This document shows positions 25,891-37,030 of a stretch of 64,000 nt of DNA, one piece after another. The translations under genes were made by a program, and so were the position numbers. Under the pieces are notes generated by a model, which did no database searches, was not told the DNA's origin, and worked only from the letters and a program-made list of their open reading frames with translations. The stretch comes from Podarcis tiliguerta (taxonomy: Eukaryota), in assembly GCA_965153285.1 (NCBI GenBank), contig OZ229116.1; one strand, given 5' to 3'. Position 1 is the stretch's first letter; each line of letters opens with the position of its first letter.

Positions 25891-26969
25891 GGCTAGTGAG
25901 AGGGAGGGGAGAATGGGTTTTATTTCCCTTCCTTTTCCTTCGATTTACTCCAAGGAGGATGTTTGAGAAGTAGACTGTGTGCAGGTTGTTGAAACTTCCG
26001 CAGCTGGGATTTTTCCAGTTAGCATCTCAAACATAGTGGGAAGGGCATTGGCCAGCATCTTGGCTTCATGACATCTGGAAGAGAGATCCCTCAGCTGCAG
26101 AGCACCCGCTATCGCTGTGCAAAGTTTCTGACTTAACAGTGACTCAGAGGAATAAGTGCCAACAAATGAATCATGCACCTCATTTCCTACAATACATATG
26201 ATAGTTTTCCTTGCAACGCTCCCTTCAAAGTATTAATAGTACAGCACTCTTGAAATTTTGAAGTCTGCTGAGGTCTTCATGGCACAGCCTTTGATATGGG
26301 AACTAAAATTACTGGTAAAACAAAAATAACAATCAAATTGTTCCCTTAAAAAAATAGTCATCTTGGCCCAAGGGAGAAACATTCTAGTTTTATAATGATT
26401 ACCACAGAACCCAGGGGCTGCTAACATGTACCTCAGTATTATGCTACAGATGGAATCTTGCTTGTTTCTAGTGAATCACTTTAATTAGAATTGCAGCTGT
26501 TATCTTTTTGGAAATGTGTACGGAGTCCATCATTATTCATCACAGTCCAAGCAGCTTCCCAACACCTCAACAGTGTATGCTTTAAAAAAAAGAAGGAACT
26601 TGACTTACTTTTAACAACAACAAAGTAATAAAAGTTGGCCCACATAAGCCACCCACCCACCCATGGGCATACAGTAGCCAGGATTTTTGGGGGGGCGGGG
26701 GGGAGGCTTCAAGCTGGGGAGGAAAGAACCTCAGCTAGTTAAGTATTTTTATTGATTTACTTGATTTAGAGGGTCAGCTGCCCCCCCCCCCGCCTGCGTC
26801 CATCCACCCTTCTCAACGAAACTGCAAGATGTGAAAGGAAATTTATGCTTTCTTCAAGGCCGGTGCCCCTCCCCTAGCCAAGCAAAGGCAGCCAAGCACC
26901 ACTGTATTGTGATCCTTTCAGCAGCAAAAGAAAGGCAGATCACTTCACACGATCCATTTGCAGGGAACC

Positions 26970-27760
26970 AACGGAGGTGGCGGATCCCCAGAACAGCCCT
27001 GCTCACTTAGACGGAGAGGAAGCGCAGGCGGTCCGCGTGCAGCAGATCCCTCGCGCGCTTATAGGCTTAATTCTATCACTTACTCAGAAAGCGGCCAGCG
27101 GGATAGTATTTTGCCCACCTAGTGACCCAGTTTTGGATAGTCGTGTCATGTTTTGCGATTTACGTGTATACAATTTAGTAGCTCTATAATCCCCAGCCCC
27201 GCGCAGAGTCCGCTTTCGCCTCCCTTCTACCACGCATGCGCGCGCTGATTCACGAGAGCAGCAGCCGCAGCGAAGCCAGGAGAGCAACGGCCCGTCCCCA
27301 GTGCGCATGCGCAACCCTGTCTTGGGGAATAGGGGAAAAAACCCGACGAGCAGGCAAGATGGCGGCGCCCGTGGATCTGGAACTGAAGAAGGTACCTGAT
27401 GGCGGGCGGGGACGAAGCCCGGCAAGGCCGCTTCGTTGGTGGCCAACCCCTTGTTGGGCTACGCGGCTGTCGGGATTTTCCTCATCGCTCCCGCCTTTCT
27501 CAGAGCTCGGGGCGGGAGGGTCCCTGAGGGATGCTCCTGGCGGACTACAACTCCCGTCATCCTCGGCCTCTGACTCTGCTGGCTGGGGAGGCTGGGAGTT
27601 GCAGTCAGCCCCCCCCCACGAGGAGTCTCTATCCCCGTCTTTATTCCCTCCGAAGGGGAGAGAGGCTGGCGCGGAGCATTGGGAGAGCCCTTCTCGCCCC
27701 GGGCGCCCTTTCCTCTCAGCTGGGTGAAGGCGGGAAGACACTCTTCCGACCCCCCTTCAT
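26970..27760 (+). promoter_or_regulatory. PFDN1: CpG island / PFDN1 housekeeping promoter
   Basis: CpG-rich; NRF1-type palindrome TGCGCATGCGCA 27302-27313; YY1-type CAAGATGGCGGC 27355-27366 overlapping the ATG; TATA-less. Confidence 0.85.
27359..27391 (+). CDS. PFDN1: Prefoldin subunit 1, exon 1 (MAAPVDLELKK)
   Basis: Matches the conserved PFDN1 N-terminus; donor AAG|GTACC, phase 0. Confidence 0.96.
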
Positions 27761-29044
27761 CCCCAGGGAGGGTGTCTACGAACCATGTAACCATCGTGGC
27801 TTGTATAGTTTTCTCCCCCTCTCCTGGATACTTTTATTGGGGTTTTTTCATAGTGTTACCGGAAAAATCCGAGGGCTCCCTTGGACAAAAAGTAAAGACA
27901 CCAACCAGAGCAAATTGGAGCAAATCAGCAGCCTGTAGGCTTGGCCTTTATTGTACTGTTGCAGCAGGGTGTTCCCCTCACTCGCAGGAGAGAGGAAAGA
28001 CCCAGAACAATGGTGTGCAAGACCTTAAAAAACTTTTGAAATTCCCCTCCTCTAGGTCAAGCCCACCCCCAGAAACATCATGCATACATTACAGAAAGGA
28101 GGGGTTGAGGGAGGAGTTGTGGTGGTAACCTGAGTGTCCTGTCACCTGGCTGGTTCCTCCTTTCCCCCCCTCCCCATGAGTACTTTCCAGGTGACAAAGG
28201 GGAGATTGCAGTTTCCTGCCCCCTGAGGGGAAATCCAATCACTGTTCTTTTGTTATAGTCCGTGTTGAATCCACTCCTGTATGCAGTCTGTTGTGTTTTT
28301 TGATTGACTTCTGTCTGGGACCATCAGGTTTGGCATAGCAACTGGGCAGGGCTCCTGTGGATGTGCTCCTATGCTCAAGGGATTATGGTGGCCTGTATCA
28401 AACCTTCCCCATTTTGTAGTCCTTCCTTCATGGAGTAAAATAAAAGTGGAACAGTGCAAATCTGATGTATGGTTGATTTTCGATGAATTTATAACAGAAG
28501 TGTAGCGTATGTAGTGTGTGAGTGTGAGTGTGTGTGAAGACTGTACAAACTGAATGATGGGGTGGGGGGGTGTTCCTGCTACAGTAGATCCAAAACAATA
28601 TAAATAAACGTATCCCCCCTGTGACTTGTATCCCTGCTCGCTCCTACCTACTCAGGTCAAAAGGTGTCTGGTACCTTTTCTTCTTTTCATGTTATTGTTA
28701 ATAGTTTGATCTGTTTCCCATGAATTTGGCTAAGCTCCTTTTCAAATCATGTAAGCCAATTGCCACCACCACCAATTGCGACGCCATGCCTCTTCTGTCA
28801 ATATTATAAAAAGGTTCAAAAATAAAGACTATATAGAGAAAAGTTAATTGGGCTGCCCTGTATCTCAGCTTCATTACATGCCCCACATTAGGAGAGAAAA
28901 GGCAAACTTTCTCTCTTCTTTTTACTTTTCTCCCAGCCTGTTCATAAATTTATTCCTGACTCTGAAAATGTCAGGGTTAAGGGTAAGGCCTGTTCTGTTA
29001 CGCACCAGAAGTAAAGTAAGCCCCATTTTAATTTCCATGCCTTA

Positions 29045-30295
29045 TGGCAGTGGCACAAGCAGTGGCGGCCTGTGAAGCCTCACAGTGGTGGTGGGAGACA
29101 GTGGCAGTGGCAGTCTGCCAGGCCATGTCGTGGCGGCAGAAGCAGCAGTACCTGGCAGCAGTGGCACAATAATCAGCAGCCTGCAAGGCCTTGCCACGGT
29201 GGTGGGAGGCAGTGCCAGAAGTGGCCTTTTGGCAGCAGAAGTAGCAGTGGCCTGCAAGGCCATGCAGTGGCAAAAACAGAGTTAGCCTGGTGGTGGTAGC
29301 AGCAAAAACTGCAGCAACCTTGCAGGCCTCGTCATGGTGGTGACAGAAGTGGCAGCAGCCTGCCAGGCCTTGCCACGGCCTGCAAGAGCTCGCTGCAGCT
29401 GTGGGAGGTGGTAGCAGTAGCAGCATGCAGGTCCTCACAGCTGCAGCAGCACAAGCAGTAGTGGCCTGTGAGGCTTCACTGTGGCAACAGGAGGTAGAAG
29501 TGGCAGCAGCCTGGCAACAGTGGCACAATAATCAGCAGATTGTGAGACCTCGCCACAGCAGTGGGAGGTGGTTGCAGAAGTGGTGGCAGCCTGCGAGGTG
29601 TTGTTGCAGAGGTGGCCTGCAAGGCTTCCTGATGGCAGTGGCAGAAGAGGGGACAGCCTGCCTCGGCAAGCCCTCGCAGGCCGCTGCCACTTCTCAGTAT
29701 TGCTGAGAAGCCTCACAGGCTGCTGCTATTTATGCTGTTGCAATGAGGCCTCGCAGACTGCTGCCGATACTACTGGATTGCTGTAGCGATGCTGATTTTG
29801 TCACTCCAACCACTTGCCTTTGCTACGAGGTTTCGCAGACTGCCGCTTCTGCTGCTGCTTCTCACTGTCACAGTGAGGCTACTCCTGATGCTCTGAGGCT
29901 TCACATATTGCTGTTGCTATTGCTGCTGCTTCTCTCCATCGCAGTGAGACTTCTCAGGCCACTACTGCTGCTGCTGCCGCCACTGCTGCTGCCACCACAC
30001 AACCTCACAGGGTGCCGCTGCTCCTGTGAATACCAAAAGGCCTCACAGGCTGCTGTCGCTCTTGCTACTGCCGTGGTGAGGCCTCACATGCCATCACTGC
30101 TTGTGCCTCTGCTGCCAGGGTGCCGCCACAATAACATAGCCTTGCAGGCCACTGCTTCTGTCACCTCCTCCTGCCAGCTTTGCAAAATGGCCTCGTAGGC
30201 TGCTGTGGCTTCTGCCACCACCTCCCACCACTGCAGCAACCACTGTTTCTGCCACCGACAGGCCACTGGCATTTCTGCTGCCCAGCAAGCCTGCT
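29045..30295. repeat. Degenerate GC-rich minisatellite arranged as a large imperfect inverted repeat
   Basis: Units of ~35-45 bp around GGCAGAAGTGGCAGCGGCCTGCGAGGCCTCGC; orientation flips at ~29660-29670. Confidence 0.75.
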
Positions 30296-30349
30296 GTCAG
30301 TCCCAGATTATTTGATTTCACTATGACTCATCACATTTGCTAGCTAAGC

Positions 30350-30850
30350 CCAGAGGCAAAAGTCCTGTTTGGATGCATTTTGGCTTGCCTGCTGATGAAA
30401 GTGACTGTGTGGCAATTGATAATATTGTCATTTATCAGTTTTAGACCCTTAAGTAGTAGCAGTTGCCTGTTCGCCTCTGCATAGTTCCATCCTTATTGTT
30501 GTGATATATTGATATATTGTGATGTATTTTGGATGCATATTGGCTTCCTGCTGATGAAAGTGGCTGTGTGGTGATTAATAATATCGTCAATTACCTGGTT
30601 TAGACCCCTAAATAGTAGCCATTGCCAGTATGTTACCCTGTTCACCTCTGCATAATTCCATCCTTATTTCAGACATTGTGATGTTTTGCTGGTGATATAT
30701 TGCAGTGTTTTGCTGGTGATATATTGCGATGTTGAAAACCAGATATCGCCCAGCTTTCTCACACATTGGAATTTGTGATATATTGCCAGGTCATACATTA
30801 TGAAACAGTTATGTGAACTTCAAAGCGGTTTTGGAAGATATATTGATAGC
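30350..30850 (+). mobile_element. hAT transposon remnant with duplicated BED-finger-like segment
   Basis: KSPVWMHFGLPADE at 30358-30399; ~130-140-bp duplication 30369-30498 / 30527-30668; GATATATCG-type subterminal motifs and GATATCGCCCAGC end motif near 30745-30757. Confidence 0.55.
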
Positions 30851-32716
30851 ATTGTCAACATTACAACTGATGTATTAAATATGCATTTAGTGGGGGGGGG
30901 GTGTTAGGTCCTCAGTTCACTGAGAACTTTCACTCTTAGGTCATATAGTTAACAATTAACAGCTCTGTAGTAGTTTATCCTCCACAGCAATAAATGGTGT
31001 TAAGCTTCCTCCCTACCTACTGTTGCTGTGTAGGACAAACTTTCTCTGCTTGTTGAATGAAGGGAGGTGGCCTGGTGAATGCTTGGCTAGCTAAGCAAAT
31101 GTCAGTGAATGAGTCAGGCCAGCTGTTTTACTGGAGAGGAACAGAAACGCTACAGAGGGGTGATGTAGCAGAGGCCATATACCCTAGCTGCTTAGTTCTT
31201 GGAGAATTATTTTTACTTTCAGTGTAATCATATTACTGCCGATTAATTTGATACTGTTACCTGATACATTTTTGACTGTTGATCCATAGGTTGTAAGTCA
31301 TGAGTGGGCAGCCTTTTTTGAAGTTGGACACATTTCCTCAAGGGAAATGAATTGGAAGGAGCTGGAGCTGGGAGTGGGCAGGGCAAAAGCCCAAAGTGGT
31401 TGCCTGTTCTCTGCTCCCCAGCTTCTCCCATTCATCGACCAATCAATTTACCCACCCTTTCTTTCTCAGACACACAATCATGTGCTTCATCCATCCATCA
31501 TCCATACATTCTGTCTTACATTTGCTTTATCTCACTGTGCTGTCACCCATCTTTATATATGCCCGGTTTTTAAAACTTCACTGCATTGCCCCAATTGCTC
31601 ATTCTGTCACTTACCGTATTCTTCATTTCTTTTCTCAGCCCCCCCCCCCCCGATACGTGCTTTCCAAGACTTTTTCCGTGTGATTCAACAGCATGTACTT
31701 GCCACTGATTTTGACCTGTGATGCCAGACCATAGCATGCCAGATAGATTGTCAAGTAGACACTAGGAAAGTTATTTAAAAATGCAGACAGAGAGAGGTGT
31801 GGAAAGGTGTTGATGGCTGGGGAAGATCACATAAGATCACATAAGTATTTTTGTTGGCAGCAAAAAATCAGTGGTGGCAGCAGGTGAAATTGGAAGGGCT
31901 GTAGGGATGGGGAACCCTTTTCTGTTGAGAACTGCATTCCCTGTAGCGGTAATCAATAGGACAGTAGAGGGGATCAGAACAACTCCCTATCTCACATGCA
32001 TGCTCCCACTCCTGAGCTCCTAGTCGTCTTCAAGAGATGGGAACAAGTGGGGCAACCCAGCAAGATGGGCGGGGTATTATTATTACTGTTATTTTTAAAT
32101 TGCGATTATGATTATTATTATTATTGCTTATGGTTCCTCTCCTCTGCTGAAAGCTTTTGCTTCCTTTTCTTGACAGTCCTTGCAGCCAGGGATAAATTCC
32201 CTATCCATTCAATAGTCGGCTGAATCTGGTCAGGAGATATAAGAGGTGAACTGGGGAGATAGTAGACACAGCTTCTTAGTAAAAGGTTCATAGAATCATT
32301 GATCTTAAAGTTGGAAAAGACCCCAAGGGTCATCTAGTCCAACCCCCTGAAATGCAGAGATGCCAACTAAAGCATCAATGTCAGAAGACCATCCAACCGC
32401 TGCTTAAAACCTCCAATGAAGGAGAGTCCACCACCTCCCAAAGGAGTCTGTTGCACTGTCTAACAGCTGTTACTTTCAGAAAGTTTTTCCTTATGCTTAG
32501 TCAGAATCTCTGTTCTTGTAACTTGAAGCTATTAGTTCGGGTCCTACCCTCCAGAGCAGGAGAAAACAAGCTTGCTCCATCTTCCATGTGACAGCCCTTG
32601 AGATATTTGATGATGGCTAACATATCTCCTCTCAGTCTCTTATTCAGGCTGAACATACCCAACTCCCTCAACCTGTCCTCATAAGGCTTGGTTTACCTAC
32701 CCTTGATCATCTTGGT

Positions 32717-33215
32717 AATAACAACAACAACAACAACAACAACAACATTTAATTATACCCCGCCCATCAGGCTGGGTTTCCCCAGCCACTCTGGACTGCT
32801 CCCAACAGAATATTAAAAGCACAATAAAACATCAAACATTAAAAACTTCCCTAAACAGGGCTTCCTTCAGATGTCTTCTAAAAGTCGGATAGTTGTTTAT
32901 TTCCTTGACATCTGATGGGAGGGCATTCCACAGAGTGGTTGCAACTACTGAAAAGGCCGTCTTCCTTGTTCCCTGTAATCTCACCTCTTGCAATGAGGGA
33001 ACCACCAGAAGGCCCTCAGCGCTGGACCTCAGTGTCCAGGCAGAATGATAGGGGTAGAGAGGCTCCTTCTGGGCCGAGGCTGTTTAGGGTTTTAAACAGC
33101 AGCACCAACACTTTGAATTGTGCTTGGAAACATACTGGGACCCAATGTAAGTCTTTCAGTACCAGTGTTATATGGTCTTGGAGGCCATTCCTAGTCACCA
33201 GTCTAGCTGCCGCAT
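32717..33215 (-). mobile_element. L2 LINE 3' end nested in CR1
   Basis: ENAAARLVTRNGLQDHITLVLKDLHWVPVCFQAQFKVLVL is a typical L2 ORF2 C-terminus; (AAC)n tail at 32717-32747. Confidence 0.85.
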
Positions 33216-33581
33216 TCTCCTTGGTCTCCAATCTGTTAGGGTTACCTTGATTCCTGATTCTGTCGTCTGCAGCATTAGCTACCCCTCCCAGTTTGATGTT
33301 ATCTGCAGATTAGTTAAGCATCCCCTCAATTCCTTTTTTCAAGTCATTTATAAAGATGGTGAACAACAACTGGCCTAACACAGAACCCTGCTGCACCCCA
33401 GTTGTCACTCCCCCTCCCCCCGGATGGTGAGGAATCAGTAGTGAACGCTTTTTGAGTTTGGTCAAACAGCTGCAAATCCACCTAACAGTTACCTCATCCA
33501 GCCCACATTTTACTAGCTTTTCTGCAATAATGGGGGACTTTGTCAAAAGCCTTACTGAAGGTGAGATACACTACATCCATA

Positions 33582-33809
33582 AAGGTAAAGGTACCCCTGC
33601 CCGTACAGGCCAGTCTTGACAGACTCTAGGGTTGTGCGCCCATCTCACTCAAGAGGCCGGGGGCCAGCGCTGTCCGGAGACACTTCCGGGTCACGTAGCC
33701 AGCGTGACATCGCTGCTCTGGTGAGCCAGAGCTGCACACGGAAACGCCGTTTACCTTCCCGCTAGTAAGCGGTCCCTATTTATCTACTTGCACCCGGGAG
33801 TGCTTTCGA
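33582..33809 (-). mobile_element. 5'-truncated Sauria SINE nested in CR1
   Basis: (ACCTTT)n tail on -, body nearly identical to the 43047 copy; 12-bp TSD ACTACATCCATA at 33570-33581 and 33810-33821. Confidence 0.9.
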
Positions 33810-34015
33810 ACTACATCCATAGCATTCCCCTAATCTACCAAGCTTCTAACTCTGTCAAAAAAGAAATGAGATTTGTCTAGCATGATCTGTTTTTGAGAAA
33901 TCCATGCCGGATTTACTGCATGTATACTTTACAACTACACTGAAACTCTGTGTGAAGCCAGCCATTGATAGTTTTACTAACTCTAGCTGCATTTATGCTG
34001 TTGTTTCCATATCAG

Positions 34016-34182
34016 GCTTTTACAGAACTTCAAGCCAAGGTCATTGATACCCAGCAAAAAGTGAAACTGGCAGATCTGCAAATAGAGCAACTGAACAGGA
34101 CGAAAAAGCACGCACATCTTACTGATACAGAGATTATGACTTTGGCTGATGAAACCCGAATGTATGAAGGTGTAGGAAGAAT
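34016..34182 (+). CDS. PFDN1: Prefoldin subunit 1, exon 2
   Basis: AFTELQAKVIDTQQKVKLADLQIEQLNRTKKHAHLTDTEIMTLADETRMYEGVGR; atcag| acceptor, AT|GTAAGT donor, 167 nt. Confidence 0.97.
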
Positions 34183-35019
34183 GTAAGTAAATGTCTCACT
34201 TTCAGAAGGACTTGGCTACTAGTGACTCCCTGAAAACCTTTTGTGTGCTTTTAATACTGCTCCAACCACTTCTGAAAATCTGTTTTGCCGTATTTTCACA
34301 GCTGAACCAGGTTGGGGAATGCCACTGTTTACATAACCCTGACTAGACTAAATCCAAACTGAATGAAAACATTTTAGGCCTCAGGTAAACTTAAATCAGA
34401 ACTGAGTGGAAACATTTACTGGTGTGGCTCTCTGGTTATATCTGCCAAAATATACTTGCCAGGGTAAACATGATATAGTTTCAGCCATAGGCTTCTGATG
34501 CGCAAGGACTCTCACTAACATGTAGTGTTCTGTGGCTGAAATATGAGATATGAGTAGAGAGAACTTTGATTTGTCTTCATAGGTTCTGAAGTTTCTGAAT
34601 TAATTCTTCACAGCATTAAAAATATGCTAAACATTCATATATTGGAAGTGCTTATGCCACACTCTGAAGTACAGTCTTGAAAATTGAATGTTAGGAAACT
34701 TCAGATGTGTTGATGAGGGAAATCTTAAATAATCTCTATTTCTAAACTTTATAAATGTGTTGTTTATGTAATGATGTCATAAAATCTTCATTGAAAACAG
34801 ACTAATAGCCATGTGATGTGTAGTTGCAAATGGGAACCTTAGGGCCCGATTTTCCTGCCATGATGATAAGACTGGCTTTATGTGCAGTGCTATTCCTGGA
34901 GAGAGCCTGTAGTTCATTAAACCCAGCAGAGTGGGAACTGGTGTAGTGGGAATGGTAAGGATGTGGGGAGGGAGGTGCAAGAGCAAGCTGTCTGATAGAG
35001 AAGAATGGCTTCTAGCCAG

Positions 35020-35118
35020 CTAACTCCTACTCAGAGTAGACCCATTGAAATCAATAAACATGGCAAACTTAAATCAATTTATTTCAATGGGTCTACTAAT
35101 TGGAGTTAGTTGGATATA
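35020..35118. mobile_element. Short palindromic MITE-like element
   Basis: AGTAGACCCATTGAAAT ... ATTTCAATGGGTCTACT inverted arms; related fragments near 57045 and 58345-58420. Confidence 0.55.
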
Positions 35119-35736
35119 GTCTAGTGGAAATTAGGGGTGAGAATTGTAACTTAATTGGTGATAGAAAGAATTTTGCTAGGCTCTTAAATGGATGATTATA
35201 GAATTACTTGGAATTTTGCTACTCTCATTTGGGGTGAAAAGTGGGTTGTTTTTGTTTCTAAAAACTGCTTCTGTTATCCCTTTGGAGTCCCTTTTTGATA
35301 TATTTGATGGTATTGGAGAGTTGAAAATCTTATTGCAAATCAATAAACAGTAATATTGGAAAAGGAGAGAATTCCTGATGTGAAGTCTGGTGAAAATGAA
35401 GTTGATAGAGTTTCAGAATGTGGGGAAATCATTTTATGTCCTATAGAGGGTTTTGGATTCTCTACCCCAAGTTGCTACCTTTCAGTGAACTAGAAATGTG
35501 CCAAGTTTAATTTTCCTGGGTGGTGTTCCTGAGTTTTGGGGTGATCATTGCTCTCTTTCCCACTTAGCCTGTGGCAACATTTTGGTGTCCGTGAAGCACT
35601 AGTACAGCAACCCAATGATTAATCTTGCAGCAGTGCAGATAATGAGGCTGAGCTTAAGCAGCACCTGTGTAAACCTTGTTCCATGACTGGAATTCTAGCT
35701 GCAGGTCTTACAGTCTGCCCTGTGCACAACAGATTA

Positions 35737-35977
35737 CAGTGGTACCTCGGGTTAAGTACTTAATTCGTTCCGGAGGTCCGTTCTTAACCTGAAACTGTTC
35801 TTACCTGAAGCACCACTTTAGCTAATGGGGCCTCCTGCTGCCGCCGCGCCGCCAGAGCACGATTTCTGTTCTCATCCTGAAGCAAAGTTCTTAACCCGAG
35901 GTACTATTTCTGGGTTAGCGGAGTCTGTAACCTGAAGCGTATGTAACCTGAAGCGTTTGTAACCCAAGGTGCCACTG
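35737..35977 (+). mobile_element. Tc1/pogo (Tigger-like) MITE (strand given relative to the 56643 copy)
   Basis: TA|CAGTGGTACCTCGGGTTA ... TAACCCAAGGTGCCACTG|TA; internal TAACCTGAAG repeats. Confidence 0.9.
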
Positions 35978-37030
35978 TATAGGACTGACTCCCTATAACT
36001 GAACAGTTCCAGTGAAAAAGTTATTTATTTCAGTTTTAACATCTCAAGATAAGAAATTCCATGAGCTTTGCAATGTGTGGAATATAAGTATTCTGACAAG
36101 TTCTTTTAATTATCTGTGTGCTCAGATGGTGTAAAGGGAAACATCTGCAAAGATTCAGACAGGACCACTGTGCATTTTGAACTTTCATCATACTTCTCAA
36201 AGTAAAATGTTGACGTCAGTTCACAAATAGCTTAAGCAGCAAAACTAGACATTGGTGTGGATGAGTGTATCAGGCTACATAACAAGTCTTTCAAAAGAAT
36301 ATGAACTCACAGAATTAAAATGTACTGGCAAGATGCCAGAAGCCTGCACTATCTTCTGAGCAATGGATACTAGTTGCTTATAGTATGTACCAATTCATCA
36401 TTCCCCACCATGCACTGCTAGCTTTCTTTGTATAAATAGTATTGTTCTTGTCAATACTTTTTAGGGCTGGATGCCTAAAAACCTGCATTTTGGATGCATT
36501 ATTTTATATAGATATTGGCTTGAATTTTTAAAAATTCACAGAAGGGAAGTTTCCTGTCTTTGCCTGTTTCTCTGCAGCCACATTTAACCCTCAAAAATTC
36601 TCTCTGTAGGGTTAGTGGATCCTTCTGAACAATGTGGGATTGGAAACTTCTGAGGGAGTGACAACAAATAGTTGGAGGTCTACCCGATTTAGGCTGATCT
36701 TTCCCTCTGCCTGCATTCCACCCCACATTGTCCAGGAGCCACCTGTGACTTTCCAAAGAGATCTTTCTGGTGGGTTGTAGTTGCAGTAGAGGCAGGAGTA
36801 AGAAATTTTATTACTGTGAACTTTCTCAAGTTTACTTAATCTAGGATTCAAGCCATTGTATATATGCATCAGCCTTCCCCAATCTTGTGCTCTCCAGATG
36901 TTTAGTGTTGCAGCTCAGTGGGCAGGGATGTAGCCTAAAACATCTGAAGAGCACCAGTTTGGGAAAGACTGGTGCATATGTATGCATATTGTGAAGAAGA
37001 TGGTTTGAGATGAATCACCACCATGCATAT

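Larger units (their letters stand above)
32288..33910 (-). mobile_element. CR1 LINE 3' portion, interrupted by an L2 and a Sauria SINE
   Basis: tcatagaatcat tail at 32288; RT fragments KLVKCGLDEVTVRWI and GVQQGSVLGQLLFTIFINDL on the minus strand. Confidence 0.85.

Noticed and set aside
29028-30321. Cluster of Ala/Cys/Gln-rich ORFs; also considered a CRISPR-like repeat-spacer array
   Set aside because: The ORFs are by-products of the GCA/GTG-rich minisatellite; the units are degenerate, with no identical repeats separated by unique spacers, and the DNA is eukaryotic
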